64,000 nucleotides of DNA from Cyanophora paradoxa CCMP329 (lineage: Eukaryota > Plantae > Glaucophyta). Position 1 is the stretch's first letter, and the number at the start of each line of letters is the position of its first letter. The notes under the pieces were generated by a model that saw only the letters and a list, made by a program, of their open reading frames with translations, ran no database searches and was not told the origin of the DNA. Positions 1 to 12,063 of this stretch are shown piece after piece. The DNA lies in assembly GCA_004431415.1 (NCBI GenBank), contig QPMI01000230.1, positions 78,028 through 142,027 on the forward strand, given 5' to 3'. Both the position numbers and the translations under genes were made by a program.

Positions 1-1069
1 CCGCCCCGTCCCGCTTCGCGTCCTGCGGGGGGTAGGTGAATCCAGGAAGGAAAGCGCACGGGGGGGCGGAGCGGGGGTACGTGGAGGGTGGGCCGCGCCT
101 GGGCGGGCTCGGGGAGGAAGCGGGCGGCGAAGGCGGCCGCCGCGGCGACGGTCACGGCGGCGGCGACGAACGGCAGCCGCAGCGAGCGGGCCCCCAGCGC
201 CCCCCCGATGGCCTGCCCGCCGGGGGCGGTGTGGGAGGAGGGCGCAGGGGGAGGGGGCTGGGCGGGGGCGCGCGCACCGGCCCGACGACGAAGCCGGCGC
301 CGAAGCAGATGCCCACGAGCGCGTACTCCCCCGAGAGCTGCCCCTCCCGGTACCCCTCCCCCGCGGGGGACGCCCCGCCCCGCTCGCGCTCCGCCTCCCG
401 CGCCGCGCTCGCGCTCAGGTCGCCGAGGTACCTGCACCGAGGTCGGGGGCACGCGAGCGGTCGGGCCGGGGTGGGCGGGGAGGGGGTACGGACGCGTAGG
501 CGAGCTCGACGAAGGCGCCGGTGGCGCCCGAGGCGAGGAAGCCGGCGAGGAGGAGGGCCGGCGTGCCGAAGCTCTCCAGCAGGAAGCCGCAGGCCGAGCC
601 GCACAGGCTCAGGACCATGAACGGCTTCCGGCGGCCCGCGCGGTCTGCCGCGCCGCGCGCGCCGCGTCGACGTCGACGTCGGGCGCGCGGGGCGCGGAGG
701 CGCGGCGCACCGCTGAGCTGCCCGAAGAGCGGTTTAGCGAAGAACTCGAGCGCGTTCTGGACCGCGATGAGGAGGCCCGTCTGCGCCCCGCGCGTCCACG
801 CCGGTCAGCCCGGTCGGCTCGGCGCGCGCAGAGAGCGGGCAGAAGCCGCACGGCGACCGAGGCGTCCGCTGCGTCGCCTCCGACCGCCCGCTGGACCAGC
901 GGCGCTAGGGAGGTCACTGTACAGCTTGTGGACGCGCAGTCAAATGTGCAGTCAAAGCCTTGCAGCGGAAGAGGAAGAGGCCTATGAGTGGAAGACGAGC
1001 GCACCCGAGGCTGAACAGGAACGCGAAGAGGACGACGCCGAGACGCGCGCGCGGCGACAGTGTCTCCAT
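1..1069 (-). CDS. MFS transporter, TetA/DHA1-like (multi-exon; 3' end runs off the window)
   Basis: Spliced translation METLSPRARLGVVLFAFLFSLG...KPLFGQLSDRAGRRKPFMVLSL (MFS motif A, GxLSDRxGRR)...GICFGAGFVVGP (motif C-like), with several hydrophobic helices. Confidence 0.85.
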
Positions 1070-1352
1070 CGCGCGCGGCCGGCCCGCGCGCGTGGACGCC
1101 GTGGGCGCTTTCCGGCCGTCGGTTCTGGTGCTGAGCTTAAACGGGCTAGATTGACTGTTGAGATGTAAGGGCGCGACCAGACGCGTGCAGGCAGCCCCCG
1201 CTAGAACCGGCACCGTGTCGTGAGGGGTACGACAAAAGCCACACGAGCCGACTTGGCGCGAGGGCTGTATTGAGCGTACTTCGGCAGCAAATCAATCACG
1301 TGAGCATCGGGCGAGCCGGTGTAGAGGTCAGCCCGGACGCGGGCGCCCTACA

Positions 1353-4300
1353 ATGTCGAGCCTCGTCGTCGAGGACCTTGTGTCGGGGCTTTCTGAATGG
1401 CGTAACATACAGGAGATCGTGCGCATGGTGAGTTGCTTGCTCTCTGCACACCCGACGCCACCCGCCCCGCCAAATTCAAACTTGCGGCTCACACACCGTT
1501 CGCCCGGGGCGCCGCAGACCTTCAACGCGCTTCACGGTGTGCATGCGCCTAGATGCACGCAGGGTTTCGAAGCAGGCGTTCCCGAAGCTGACTCGGCCGC
1601 CCGCTCCCGCCGCAGACGTCGTGAAGGCACAGGGGGAGGCCATCAAGTCGCTGGAGGGGCAAGTGCGCGAGCTTCAGACGTCGGCGATGGAGAAAGCATC
1701 TCGCTCGGAGCTCAACTCGGCGCTCCGGAACAAGGCGCGCTGGGCTGCCGCCCGCCAGCACGGTTTGGGCCGCTGAGGGCTCGCCCCTTGCGCAGGCAAA
1801 CATACCGGACGTCAACAGGAGCATAATGGAGCTGGAGAGGCTGCTCGACACCAAGGCAGAGACCTCGGCTGTGCGGGAGCTAGTCGACAAGAAGTTCAAG
1901 GCGGCAACGAAGGAGCTCGAGCGCGCGGGTGGGGACAGGGCCTCGAAGGCGCGCCCGCCTTAGCTAGGAGCGCCGCGAGCGCCGCGCGCGGGGCGAGCGG
2001 GCCGGCAGGCGGAGTTCGACAACTTCGCGGCGCTGGTGAAGGAGGACATCCGGCAGGCGCACCGCTCGCTGGTGGACATGGACAGGAAGCTGGAGGGCAA
2101 GGCGGACCAGGACTACCTGGCGGCGCACTTCGCCTCGAAGGCGGAGGTCGCGGCGCTGCAGACGCTCGTCGCGCAGGCCGACGAGGCCCGCGCCTTCGAG
2201 AAGTCCCTCGACACGAAGGCGAGCAAGAGCGAGCTCAACGGCGCCATCAGCAGCTTCATGCAGGAGATGTCCGAGGTCGGCGGCCGGCGCGCCGCGGCGC
2301 CGCGGTTGCGTGCTGAGGCCGCCGGCGGGGGCGGGCAGGTGACGCGGACGGTGTCGGAGATGATGCGGGAGCTGTCGGAGAAGGCGGACACGACGTTCGT
2401 GGCGGCGCAGCTCGAGAAGCGCGTCTCCAAGGCCGAGCTGCAGGCCACCCTCCGCGCCAACCTCGAGGAGGTCCAGGTCCGCCCCATCTCCCTTCCTTCC
2501 TTTCCTTTCCTTTCTTTTCGGTCCGACGCTCGTCGGGCCCCGTCCAGGGCGCCGTGGATCGGCAGGACCACGCCGTGAAGGGCTTGCGGCTGGACCTGGA
2601 GTCGAAGCTGGCGGGCCTGCAGGACGCGCTCGCGAGCAAGGCCGGCAAGCAGGCCGTCGAGAACGCCCTGCACAGCAAGGCCAGCCGCTCCCAGGTCCGC
2701 TCCCCGCTCTCTCTTCTTCTCCCTCCTCTCTGCGCCGACGGGCGGCGGGCAGCTGGAGGAGGCGGTGACGCGCCTGGAGACGGGCCTGGCGCGCAAGGCG
2801 GACAAGGACGAGGTGCGCCGGCGCCGGGCCCCCGCGGCTGGGCCGCCGGGCCGCCTCAGAGGCGCGCTGGGGTGCAGGTGCAGTCGGCAACGCTGGAGGC
2901 GCGGCGGGAGCTGGAGCTCTTCGCGACGCGGGCGGAGGTGGAGGCCAAGTTCGCCGCCGGCGACCAGAAGCTCGACGCCCGCGCCGCCGCCGCAGCCCGC
3001 CAGGCGCCCCCGCCCTGCCCCGCCCCCCCGCATCCCGCCCGGCGGTCTCCTTACCCTCCTCTCTCCTGCGCGGCAGCTACGGACGGAGGTCGAGGGGCGC
3101 ATCGATTCGATCCAGGAGGTCCGTTCGGGGTACTCCGGCCCGGGGCTGTACCCCGCCTGACGCGGGGCCCCCAGGTCCTCGATGCGAAGGCGTCGGCGGC
3201 GGAAGTCCGCGCGGCCACCTCCTCCAAGGCGCGCCCCGCGCCCCCGCAGCCCCGTACCCCCATCCTGACCCGCTCGCGTACCCAGGCGGACAAGAACGAG
3301 GTCGCTGCGCTGCGGCAGGCGGTCGAGCAGCTCGACCGCATTGTCGAGCGCAAGGCGGGCGTACCCCTCCGGTCGATGCCGTACCCCCCGTCTGATGGTG
3401 TACCCCTCAGGCGAACCTGGACGAGCTGCACGCCGCGCTGGAGGGCAAGGCCGACACGAAGGACCTGATCCAGAAGATCAACACGCAGGTTCGAGCCCCG
3501 GCTGGGCGATGCCAGGCCGCCTGCCTCACGGCGGGGCAGGACGTGTTTGAGCTGGTGGACACGAAGGCCGGCATCGAGGACGTCAACCGCGTCCTCGCCG
3601 AGGCGAGCACCCGCCCGCCCGCCCGCCCGCCCGCCCGCCGGCGCGGCATCGGGCCCGCGCGGGGCTTGTGCGACCTCCGGCGCCGCAGGTGAACAAGGAG
3701 CTGAACAAGCGGGCGAAGGCGGACGAGATCCAGGAGGTGCAGGTCCGGCTCGGCGACGTCAGCCAGGCGAGCCGTGCTCCCCGCCCGCCCGCTCACCCCC
3801 CGACCGCGCTCACGCCCGCCCCGAAACAGGCGCTCGCCCACATGGCGATGTACGGCCGCTGGATCTGGAAGTCCGGGAAGACCAAGGTTCGAGCCCCGCC
3901 GGACCCTTTCCGGCCGCGCCGGAGCCGAGCGCTCGGGCCGGCGCAGGGACCTGGCGGGGGCGTCCCGTGGAACGTGCAGGTGGTGAACACGGCGCCGGAC
4001 AACTTCCAGTGGGAGAAGGACCGCGTCAACATCCAGGTACCCCGCCGTCGTCTGTCTGCCGCACCCCGCGCCCCGTGGCGAGCTCCGTCCGCAGCTGGCC
4101 GCCCCGGGGCTCTACGAGGTCACCTTCGGCTTCTACGCGCGCAAGAAGCCCACCGTGCAGCTCCTCGTCAACGGCGACCCGGTACCCCCAACCTACGACC
4201 CCTTGTACCAACTTCCTTCACCCACGACCCCTCCTCAGGTGCTCTCGGCGATGAACTCCACGAGCTACGCCGTCCACCACAGGTACCCGTACCCCCCTCC

Positions 4301-4548
4301 ACGCATCGAACCCGCTGACCCGGGGTACGCAGCTCGGGGCGGCTGACGAGCGTGGACCGGCACCCGGCGGGCAACGTGACGGGGCTCACCCTCCTGGACT
4401 TCCTCGCCCTACCCCCGCGCGCGAAGGTGCGGTACCCCCGCTACTGTTCTTCCTCCGCGATTCTGCCGCCGAACCGCCGCGCCAGATCGCGATCACGTAC
4501 GCTGGCGAGGAGGGCGCGGAGGGCTTCATTGGGCTGCGGAAGCTGTAG
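1353..4548 (+). CDS. Long coiled-coil protein with KA(D/S)K-type repeats and a C-terminal C1q/TNF-like beta domain (21 exons by manual parse)
   Basis: MSSLVVEDLVSGLSEWRNIQEIVRM|TFNALH|DVVKAQGEAIK...; C-terminus GRWIWKSG...VPWNVQVVNT...PGLYEVTFGFY...VQLLVNG...GFIGLRKL*. Twenty GT/GC-AG introns keep the frame. Confidence 0.8.
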
Positions 4549-4570
4549 AGCTAGCCGCGGCTGCGCTCTC

Positions 4571-4575
4571 TGTAA
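4571..4575 (+). terminator. Candidate UGUAA polyadenylation signal (one example of a recurring class)
   Basis: Sense-strand TGTAA occurs shortly after stops at 4571, 24832, 28854 and 37886 (+), and as TTACA at 12002, 42067, 52195 and 60588/60615 for minus-strand genes. Confidence 0.55.
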
Positions 4576-5007
4576 TTTCAGTTTGGCCATGGCGTGCTGT
4601 GCACGCGAGCCCTGTTCAGCGCGCGGCCTGCAAACCACGAACTGATCATAGTTTTGCAATTTGCCGATTTGCCGACGGCGCAATTGCCCCGTACCCCTGC
4701 GATAGTAGACACATACCCTGGAATCCCCGGTCACCTGACGTATACGTACGTCAGCTGCACTGCCTGACGATGAGCTTCGGATCGGAGGCAGACGCGTTGT
4801 CAGCTGCAGCCGCTGAGTATTCCCCGATCGGTCACCTGACGATGGCTGTCGAGGTCTAATGTGAACGCGACTAGTCGGTCAGTCTACGTACCGCAAGAGG
4901 CGAGCAAGCAAGGACTTGGAAGCAAGCACCCCGAGGACTTGGAAGCAAGCATCTGAAGCTGAGACGGCGAGCACAGTTTGAGCACGAGTGACGCCGGGCG
5001 CCCCGCA

Positions 5008-8000
5008 ATGGGGCGCCCGCGGCGCTCCAGCCGCGGGCGTCGCCGAGGGATCCAGAGCGAGAAGCCGGAGGATGCGGAAGGGGGCGAGCCAGCGTGCGCG
5101 AGCATCGAGGATTTGCCGGGTTCGTACACGTCGGCCGCGGCGCGGTTAATGTTGTGGGTCGAGTTCCTTCGCCGCACAAATTGCTGACGACCCCTCTTTC
5201 TGTCTCTCGCGCGCGCAGACGCCGTGCTCGTGAGCGTCTTCTCCCTCCTTGTGCCCGACGCCGGGCTCCAGCGGGTCGTCTCAACCCTCGCGCTCGTCTC
5301 GTACCGCTTCCGCGACCTCGCCTGGTCCCTTCCCCTCGCTGACGGGGCCCTCACGGTGCCTGCACCCGCCCTCCCTCGAGCTCCCGCCCCGAACTTACGG
5401 CCGCCGGCAGCGGGAGCACTCGCTGCACGTGCACTTCATCATGGAGGCCCTTTTTATGGCCTGCCGAAGCGGGGGCCTGCGGCGCCTTGACCTGGCGCGC
5501 CTGCCGCTGCCGGACGGCGTGGACGCCTTCGAGCTGCTCGTTGACTTCGGGCTGCTGCACATGCGCGCCGCTGCCAGCCTCACGCACCTCACCGCCGCCT
5601 TCCGCTCGCGCTTCCCCGGACCGCGGGCCCCCTCCGCCGCCCTCCGCTGCCTCCCGCCCCTGCCCCGCCTCGAGCACCTCGACCTCAGCGGCTCCGTCGT
5701 CTATGCCGATGCCCTCCGCGGCCTCCTCGCCTCCTGCGCCCCCTCCCTCCGCGCCGTCTACCTCTCGTGCGCGCCGTACCCCGCCCCGGCCCCGGTACCC
5801 CCTCCTGACCGGACCGGCCCTGCAGCGCGGTGCTGGTGGCCCACAAGGGCCCCGCGCCCGTCGTCGAGGGGGCCCCGCACCCCGCCTCCGTCCTCTTCCC
5901 CCTCCAGGGCCTTCGGTGCGCGCGCCCCTCCCCTCCGCCCGCGCGCGCCTGCGGCTGACGCGGGGCCAGGCTGCCGGCGCTGGAGGCGCTGGACCTCTCC
6001 GACTGCGTGCTCGACCCGGCGGACGTCTGCGACTTCGTGGCCGGCCTGCCCCGCCTCGCCCGCCTCTTCCTCGCCCGGCCCCGCGCCGCCCCCGCCCCGG
6101 AGCAGTGGCCCTGCGGCTGGGCCGAGTTCCGGACCCTGCCCGCGTGGGGGCCGGCGGCGCGGGAGGGCCTCGCGGCCGCCCTCGCCCGCCCCGGCCTCGC
6201 CGTCGTCGTCCGCGACCCCTTCCGCGAGCTCGCCGCCGCCTGCGGCGAGACGGACCCCGCCCGGCAGCGCCTGCGCGCCCGCGAGGCGGCCGCCGCCTTC
6301 CGCGCGCCGCTCGCCGCCGGCCTCGACGCCTTCGACGCCCGCGGCTTCACCCCTTTCTCCGTGCGCCGCCCGCGCCCCGGCGCCCCGGCGCTCCCCTTTG
6401 CCATGCTCACGCGCGCCGCGACCCAGTGGCCGTGCAGGCGGGGGCTTTCGTCGCGGCCCGCGAGCTCCTCGCCGCCGGCGCCTCTCCGAGCACCGCCCCG
6501 CTGGGGCCCGAAGCCCGGCCCCTCCCCGTCCCCTGGTCCGCCCCGTACCCCTGCGAGGCCTTCGACCCCCGCCGGCCGTGCGGCCGCTGTCCCGCCCGGC
6601 CGGCGGCGGGGGCGCTGCACCGGCTGCTGCGGGAGAAGGAGCACAGCGGGCTGGTGCCCGCCGTGCTCGCCCTGGTCGCCCTCGGGGCGGACCTCTTCGA
6701 GACGGACGAGCGCGGCTGCACGCCCTTCGAGGCGCTCGTGGCGGGCGACTGGGTCGGGCGCGACTGGCTCGCCGCCCTCCGCGCCATCGCGCCCCTCCAG
6801 GGCTTCGCCCGGCGCGAGCGGCGCGCCCTCCCCGCCGTCCTCGCTGAGGCCGAGACCGACGAGCACGTCGAGACGGTGGCCGCCCTCGTTGCCGCCGGCG
6901 CCGACCCCGCGGCTTGGGGAGTGAACGGTGCCCCCGCGCGCACCCACGCCCCGATGCAAGCCCGCCCGCCGTGACCGCTCGCCCCGCGCGCGCGCAGGCG
7001 TGCCACCCGTGCACCGCGCGGCGGCCTCGGGCCGCACCCGCGTCCTCCGCCTCCTCCTTCGTGCGTCCCGACCCCTCGAGCGCGGGAGGCGCCGCGGGGT
7101 CGGTCCCGACGCCGGCGCGCAGGCGCTGAGGGCGCCGTGAACGCGCGGACGGCGGGCTGGAATCCGCCGACGGCGCTGCAGGCCGCCGTGGCTGCGGGGG
7201 AAGTGGAGGCGGCGCGGCTCCTCCTGGAGGCGGGGGCGGAACCCGGCCGCGGCGACCCGCCCCCGCTGCACCAGGCGGCGGCGCTGGGTCCCGAGCGGCC
7301 CGGCGCGCCCGACCTCGTCCGCCTCCTCGTCGAGGCCGGCGCCGTTCCCGACGCGCGCGACGCCGCCGGGCGCACGGCGCTGCACGTCGCCGTCGAGGCC
7401 GGCGCCGCCGCCGCGGTCGCCGCCCTCCTCGCCCGCGGCGCCGACCCCAACGCGCCCCTCGACGGGCCCGAGGGCGGCCCATCCCCGCTCCAGCTCGCCG
7501 CCGCCGCCGGCCGCCCCGACATCCTCGACGTCCTCCTGCACCCGCCGCCCCTCCGCTTCCGCCCCTCCCGCCGCCTCGCCACGCCCCCGGAGTCCGAGCC
7601 GGAGGCCCATCGCGAGCCCGTCCTCGAGCTCGCCACGCGTAAGCCCCCGGGGCCCAAGCCGGAGGGCGCGTGGTGCGAGGTGCGGCCGCGGAGGAGGCGC
7701 CCGTACGCGTGACCACGGGGGGCCAGGGCCCCGTGGCGGTGGAGGTGGAGGTGCGGGACGGGCGGGGGGCCACGCCCCTCGCGGAGGCCCTCCCCGCCCC
7801 CAACCTCCCCCCCCCTCCCTCCTCGCAGCCGACCCCGCCGCCGCGGCCTTCACCCGCTCGCCCTCGCCCCCCTCCCCCTCCGCGCTGGAGGCTGGGGGCG
7901 GCCATGGCCAGCCGCGCCTGGAGACCCCCGCCCTCCGCGCTCCCCTCGCCGCCCTCGCCGCCGCCTAGGCCTTCCCTTCCAAGTTTGGGTCCCAGATCCT

Positions 8001-8032
8001 TGAGACACTCCGGGGGCCGCGCTCTCAAATAA
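5008..8032 (+). CDS. F-box / LRR / ankyrin-repeat protein (paralog A1; stop at 7968 or 8032 uncertain)
   Basis: F-box IEDLP|DAVLVSVFSLL...LALVSYRFRDL; LRRs LRRLDL, LEHLDLSGS, LEALDLSDC; ankyrins GRTALHVAVEAG...LLARGADPN and SPLQLAAAAG. A probable indel lies near 7640-7700. Confidence 0.8.
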
Positions 8033-8524
8033 AGGTCGATCCGAGCTTCGATATATAACGTACGCGTTGCTTCCGAGTTCGTTTCTTGATCAGTTTCTCC
8101 ATATTTGCAATACTCTTTCTCCAGATTCCAATATTAATGTTCTTGGCCTGCGATTTTTTCGATTTTCAATATTCAATTAACACGCACTGTGAGTCTGTGA
8201 CTACGTATACATATGTATAGCGGCTGTACTAGTGTCAGGAATGACCAATCGCGACCAATCATTGAATTGATCATGATTACTAAGTTAGGAGATATATCGA
8301 TGAAACACTGAAACACCATGATGAAACACTGAAAGGCCCTGAGGATCCGGAACAGCAGCTTATAGCTAGCTATAGGATCCGATCATCATGGCATTGGAGA
8401 AGCTTTGAAAGGAAACTGTTTTGGAACGAACTTTAAAGCCACCCTATCCATGCCGGCAACGGAGAACAGCTTCATGACCGGGCAACCGAACGCCTGGATT
8501 GGGGTGCGGCCCGCGCGGGCCCCC

Positions 8525-11470
8525 CTAGGCGGTGCGGGGGCGCTTGGCCGGCGGGGCGCCCGCGTCGGCCTCCGGCTCCTCGTCGCCGCCGATCCCGAGG
8601 GCCGCCCCCACCGCGAGGAACTCCCGCTCCGCCCCCTCCAGCGCCTCCACGCCCTCCCCGCTCTGCGCGCGACCGGGGTACATCGGAAAAGACGCAAGTT
8701 TGGGGGGGGGAAGGGGAGCGGGGGGGGGGGGGGGGGGGGGGGCGGACCAGGCGCGCGGGCTCGGCGCCGGCGTCGAGGAGGGCGCGGGCGGCCCGGGGCA
8801 GGGCCCCCCGCGCCGCGAAATGCAGGAGGAGGTCCGTACCCCCCGGGCCCCAGACGGGCTCCTCCAGGAAGGCGCGGCGTACCCCCAGAGCCTCCAGGCG
8901 GTCCCCATCGAGCCCCAGGAGCTCTGCGCGCGCGCGACGTCACGATTTGGCATCGGCCGCGGGGCGGGGACGGTCGAGGTCTCGGGGGAGGGGCACGCGC
9001 CGACGGCGTGGGCGGCGATGAGCGAGCGGCCGAAGCGCTCGCTCGCGTGCAGCTCCCGCTCGTCACCGGCGCCAATCGCGAGCAGCCGCTGCAGCGGGGT
9101 GCGCCCCGCGCCGTCCCTCACGGCGAGCAGGTCGAGGCCGGCGCGGGCGGCGGCGGCCAGCAGCGCCCGCGCCGCCTCCGCGTGCCCCAGCGCGCAGGCG
9201 ACGTGCAGCGCCGTGGCCCCCTCCGCGTCCTGCCCGCCCCCGCGTGAGCGGCGCAGGGCGAGGGGCGCAGGGCGGGGGGGCGGGCCTGAAGAAGGGGGTC
9301 GGCGCCGGCGGCGAGGAGGACGGCGACGAGGGCCGGGGAGTGCGCGGCGGCGAGGTGCAGCGCCGCCGCCGGCTCCCCGAGCGCAGCCGCTCGTCCACGA
9401 GGCGCCCCAGGCCCCACTCCCTGATCAGCTGCCCCCGCTCGGTTAGACGGGGCGGGGCGGGGCGGGGGGCGGGGCGGGGGGCGCGCCTGGCGGACGCTGG
9501 CGGCGGTGTAGTACGCAGCGGCGGAGCGTGCGGCTAGCACGTGGAGCGCCGTCGCCCCGTCCGCCACCAGCGGGTCCGCCGCCGCCGCCACCGCCGCCCC
9601 GTCCCGGAAGTAGGGCGGCGCCTGCGCGGGCGGCGTCGGCGAGAGAACCCGCGAGCGAGCGGGGCGCGGGGAGGGGGCTCGCCCAGGGCCCAGGGGGCGG
9701 GGCGGCGTCGGGGCCCTCAGGAGGGAGTCGCCGAGCCCCGAGACGAGGCGGCGGGCGGCGGCGAGCCCGCGGGGCCCCGGCCCGGCGGAGAGGGCTGCGC
9801 GGGGGCGGCGCGTCACGGGCCTCGGGGGCGGCAGAAGGGGAGGGGCGACCTCGGAAGAAGGCGGGGCGGCGAGGCGGGCGAGGTCGAAGCGTTCGGCCTC
9901 GGGGCGGGGGCGCGCGGTCCCGTCGAAGTGCTCGCGGAGCTCCCGCAGCGACGCCGCGCTCAGCTCCTCCAGCGCCTCCTGCTGCAGCCGCGCTCGGCCG
10001 CGGCCGAGGGCGGCGGGCGGGGCGGGGCGGGGCGGGGGCGGACGGGGTCGGTGAGGAGGACGAGGCGGGCGGGGCGGCGGGCGGGCCGCGCCACGAAGAA
10101 CTCGAGGTCCATGCGGAAGCCCTCCTCCACCTGCGCGCCCCGCCCCCGAGGGTCTAAGTCTCCGTCCCATCCCCAGCCCCAAGGCGCGGGGGCGGACGGC
10201 GTAGAGCTCGCGGAGGGCGGGGAGGCGGGCGACGAGGGCGGCGAGCGCGCGCGCGTCTCCCGTCGCGTTCGTCCCCGACACGTCCACGCTCTCCAGCCGG
10301 GGGAACCTGCGGGGGCGGGGGGACCGGTCGGCAGGGGGGCGGGGAGGGGCGGAGGGCGCGCGCACTCGAGCCCCTCGAAGGCGCGGAGGAGCCTGCGGGT
10401 CTCGTCGCCCTCGAGCCCGAGCTCGGGGCGCTCCGGGAGCACGCGCACGCCCCTGCGCGGCGCTCGGGCACGCCGGCGCGGGGGCGGGGGCGGGGGCCGG
10501 GGGCGGGGCACGGGAGGAAGAGGCGCGCGAGGGTGGCGGCGGAGGCGCGGAGGAGGCGGCGGAGGGCGCGGAAGGGCGCCGCCAGCCCCGAGAGGTCCAC
10601 CTGGCGCAGCCGCCGCACCGCCCCGCCCGGCAGCCCCGGCGCCGGCGCCGCCAGGGCGGCCAGCGGCCCCAGCGCCTCGCCGGGTCGGCCCCCGCGAGGG
10701 AGAGGTGCGTGAGGCCCGGGCAGCCGCGCAGGGCGCGCAGCAGGGCCCCGTCCCAGCGCCCCCGCTCGCCCGGCGGGAGCTGCGCCGGCCTCTCGCTGCC
10801 GGCGGCGGGGCCGAAGCGGACGCCGCCGAGGCAGAGCCGCTCGAAGTGGCTCCCGAAGCGCGCGCTCAGCCGCGCCACGTCCGGCAGCGACATCGCGCCC
10901 CCGCCCTGCGCCAGGCGTGAGCGCCGGGAGAGAGTTCGTACGCTCGGCGCATGGCCAAAACGGCTCCCAAGAGAGTCGGCGCACCGGGCGGCCTCCCAAG
11001 AGAGTCGGCTCTCTGAAAAGCGCCGCGTGGCTGTACGTGAGCACCTGGAAGCGGCGCCGAGCGAGGGCGAAGCTCAGGACGTCCACAATCCCGCCGAGAG
11101 ACGCCAAGTGCTCGACGATCAGAACGATGAGTTCGTCTGCACGACGCAGATCAGCGCGCGCGCTCGTGCTTTGCATCGGTCCTAGGCCTGGAGTACTAGT
11201 GCGCGACCCGGCACTTGACCACGCACTTGGCAGGTCCATCAGTGACGGGGCTCCGTGCCCAATCATTGCTGCTTTGCTCTCTGCATCGAAGTCCGGAGCG
11301 GCAGCACGCCCCAGATCGCTGCAGCCGGCTGATGCGAGCGTTCGCATGCGCATGCGCTTTCCAGATGCGCATTCCAGGAGCGTGATGGCGGCGTCTTGGC
11401 TCGCAGTACGGGTCATCGGCCTCTCCAACGCTCGATCAATGTCGTCTGCGCTCGAGGCTGCCTGCGACAT
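8525..11470 (-). CDS. F-box / LRR / ankyrin-repeat protein (paralog A2)
   Basis: F-box LMDLP|NELIVLIVEHL...FALARRRFQVL; LRRs LTHLSLAG, LRQVDLSG, LESVDVSGT; ankyrins GATALHVLAA, AALHLAAA...LLAAGADP, DGAGRTPL; basic C-terminus PPAKRPRTA*. Confidence 0.8.
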
Positions 11471-12063
11471 GGCGCGGCGCTGCAGCTGACTCCCCGCTGC
11501 CCGCTGGATCCGGAGCTGACAACCTGCGTCAACAGGCTGCAGTCGAGTGCTATTATTCACTGCTATCTGAAGTGATCTGCAGCAGCAGAGTGATCTGCAG
11601 GCTGCAGCAGCTACAGCTATAGGAGTTCGAGGAGTGGAGACGGGTACGCAGCGGAGACGGGTACGTACGCAGTTGATCGATGAATTGGCTCAAGTGATCA
11701 TGATCATGATCATGATCATGAAGCGCGCCATTTCGGAATTCTCTCTGGATTATGGCGATTTAACCCCCTCGCCCGGCGGCCGCGCCGGCATGCGCATGCG
11801 CAGATATATTATATATAATTAACGTTAGTTCCCCGGGCCCGACAGTACTAGTTCTCGACAGTACTAGTATACGTATGCGCTGCCAGGCTGATCATCGGAT
11901 CTGGCACTGCCGCAGTGCGGCAATCCAAGATCCTTGCCTCAGCCTGATCTAGATCTCTGCGTGACTCCTTAAAGTAGCCTTCTTCAAATTGATTAATGTC
12001 TTTACAGGTGTCTTGACTCAGTGATTCTTGAATACGAAATAAGCTTGCCTCGGTTGCATTGCC

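Noticed and set aside
8702-8742. Long G-runs (also near 15550-15580, 25810-25836, 50250-50273 as C-runs, and 61297-61324) as telomeric or dedicated G-quadruplex elements
   Set aside because: They are poly-C tracts on the sense strand of introns with no telomere repeat unit, and homopolymer lengths are unreliable.
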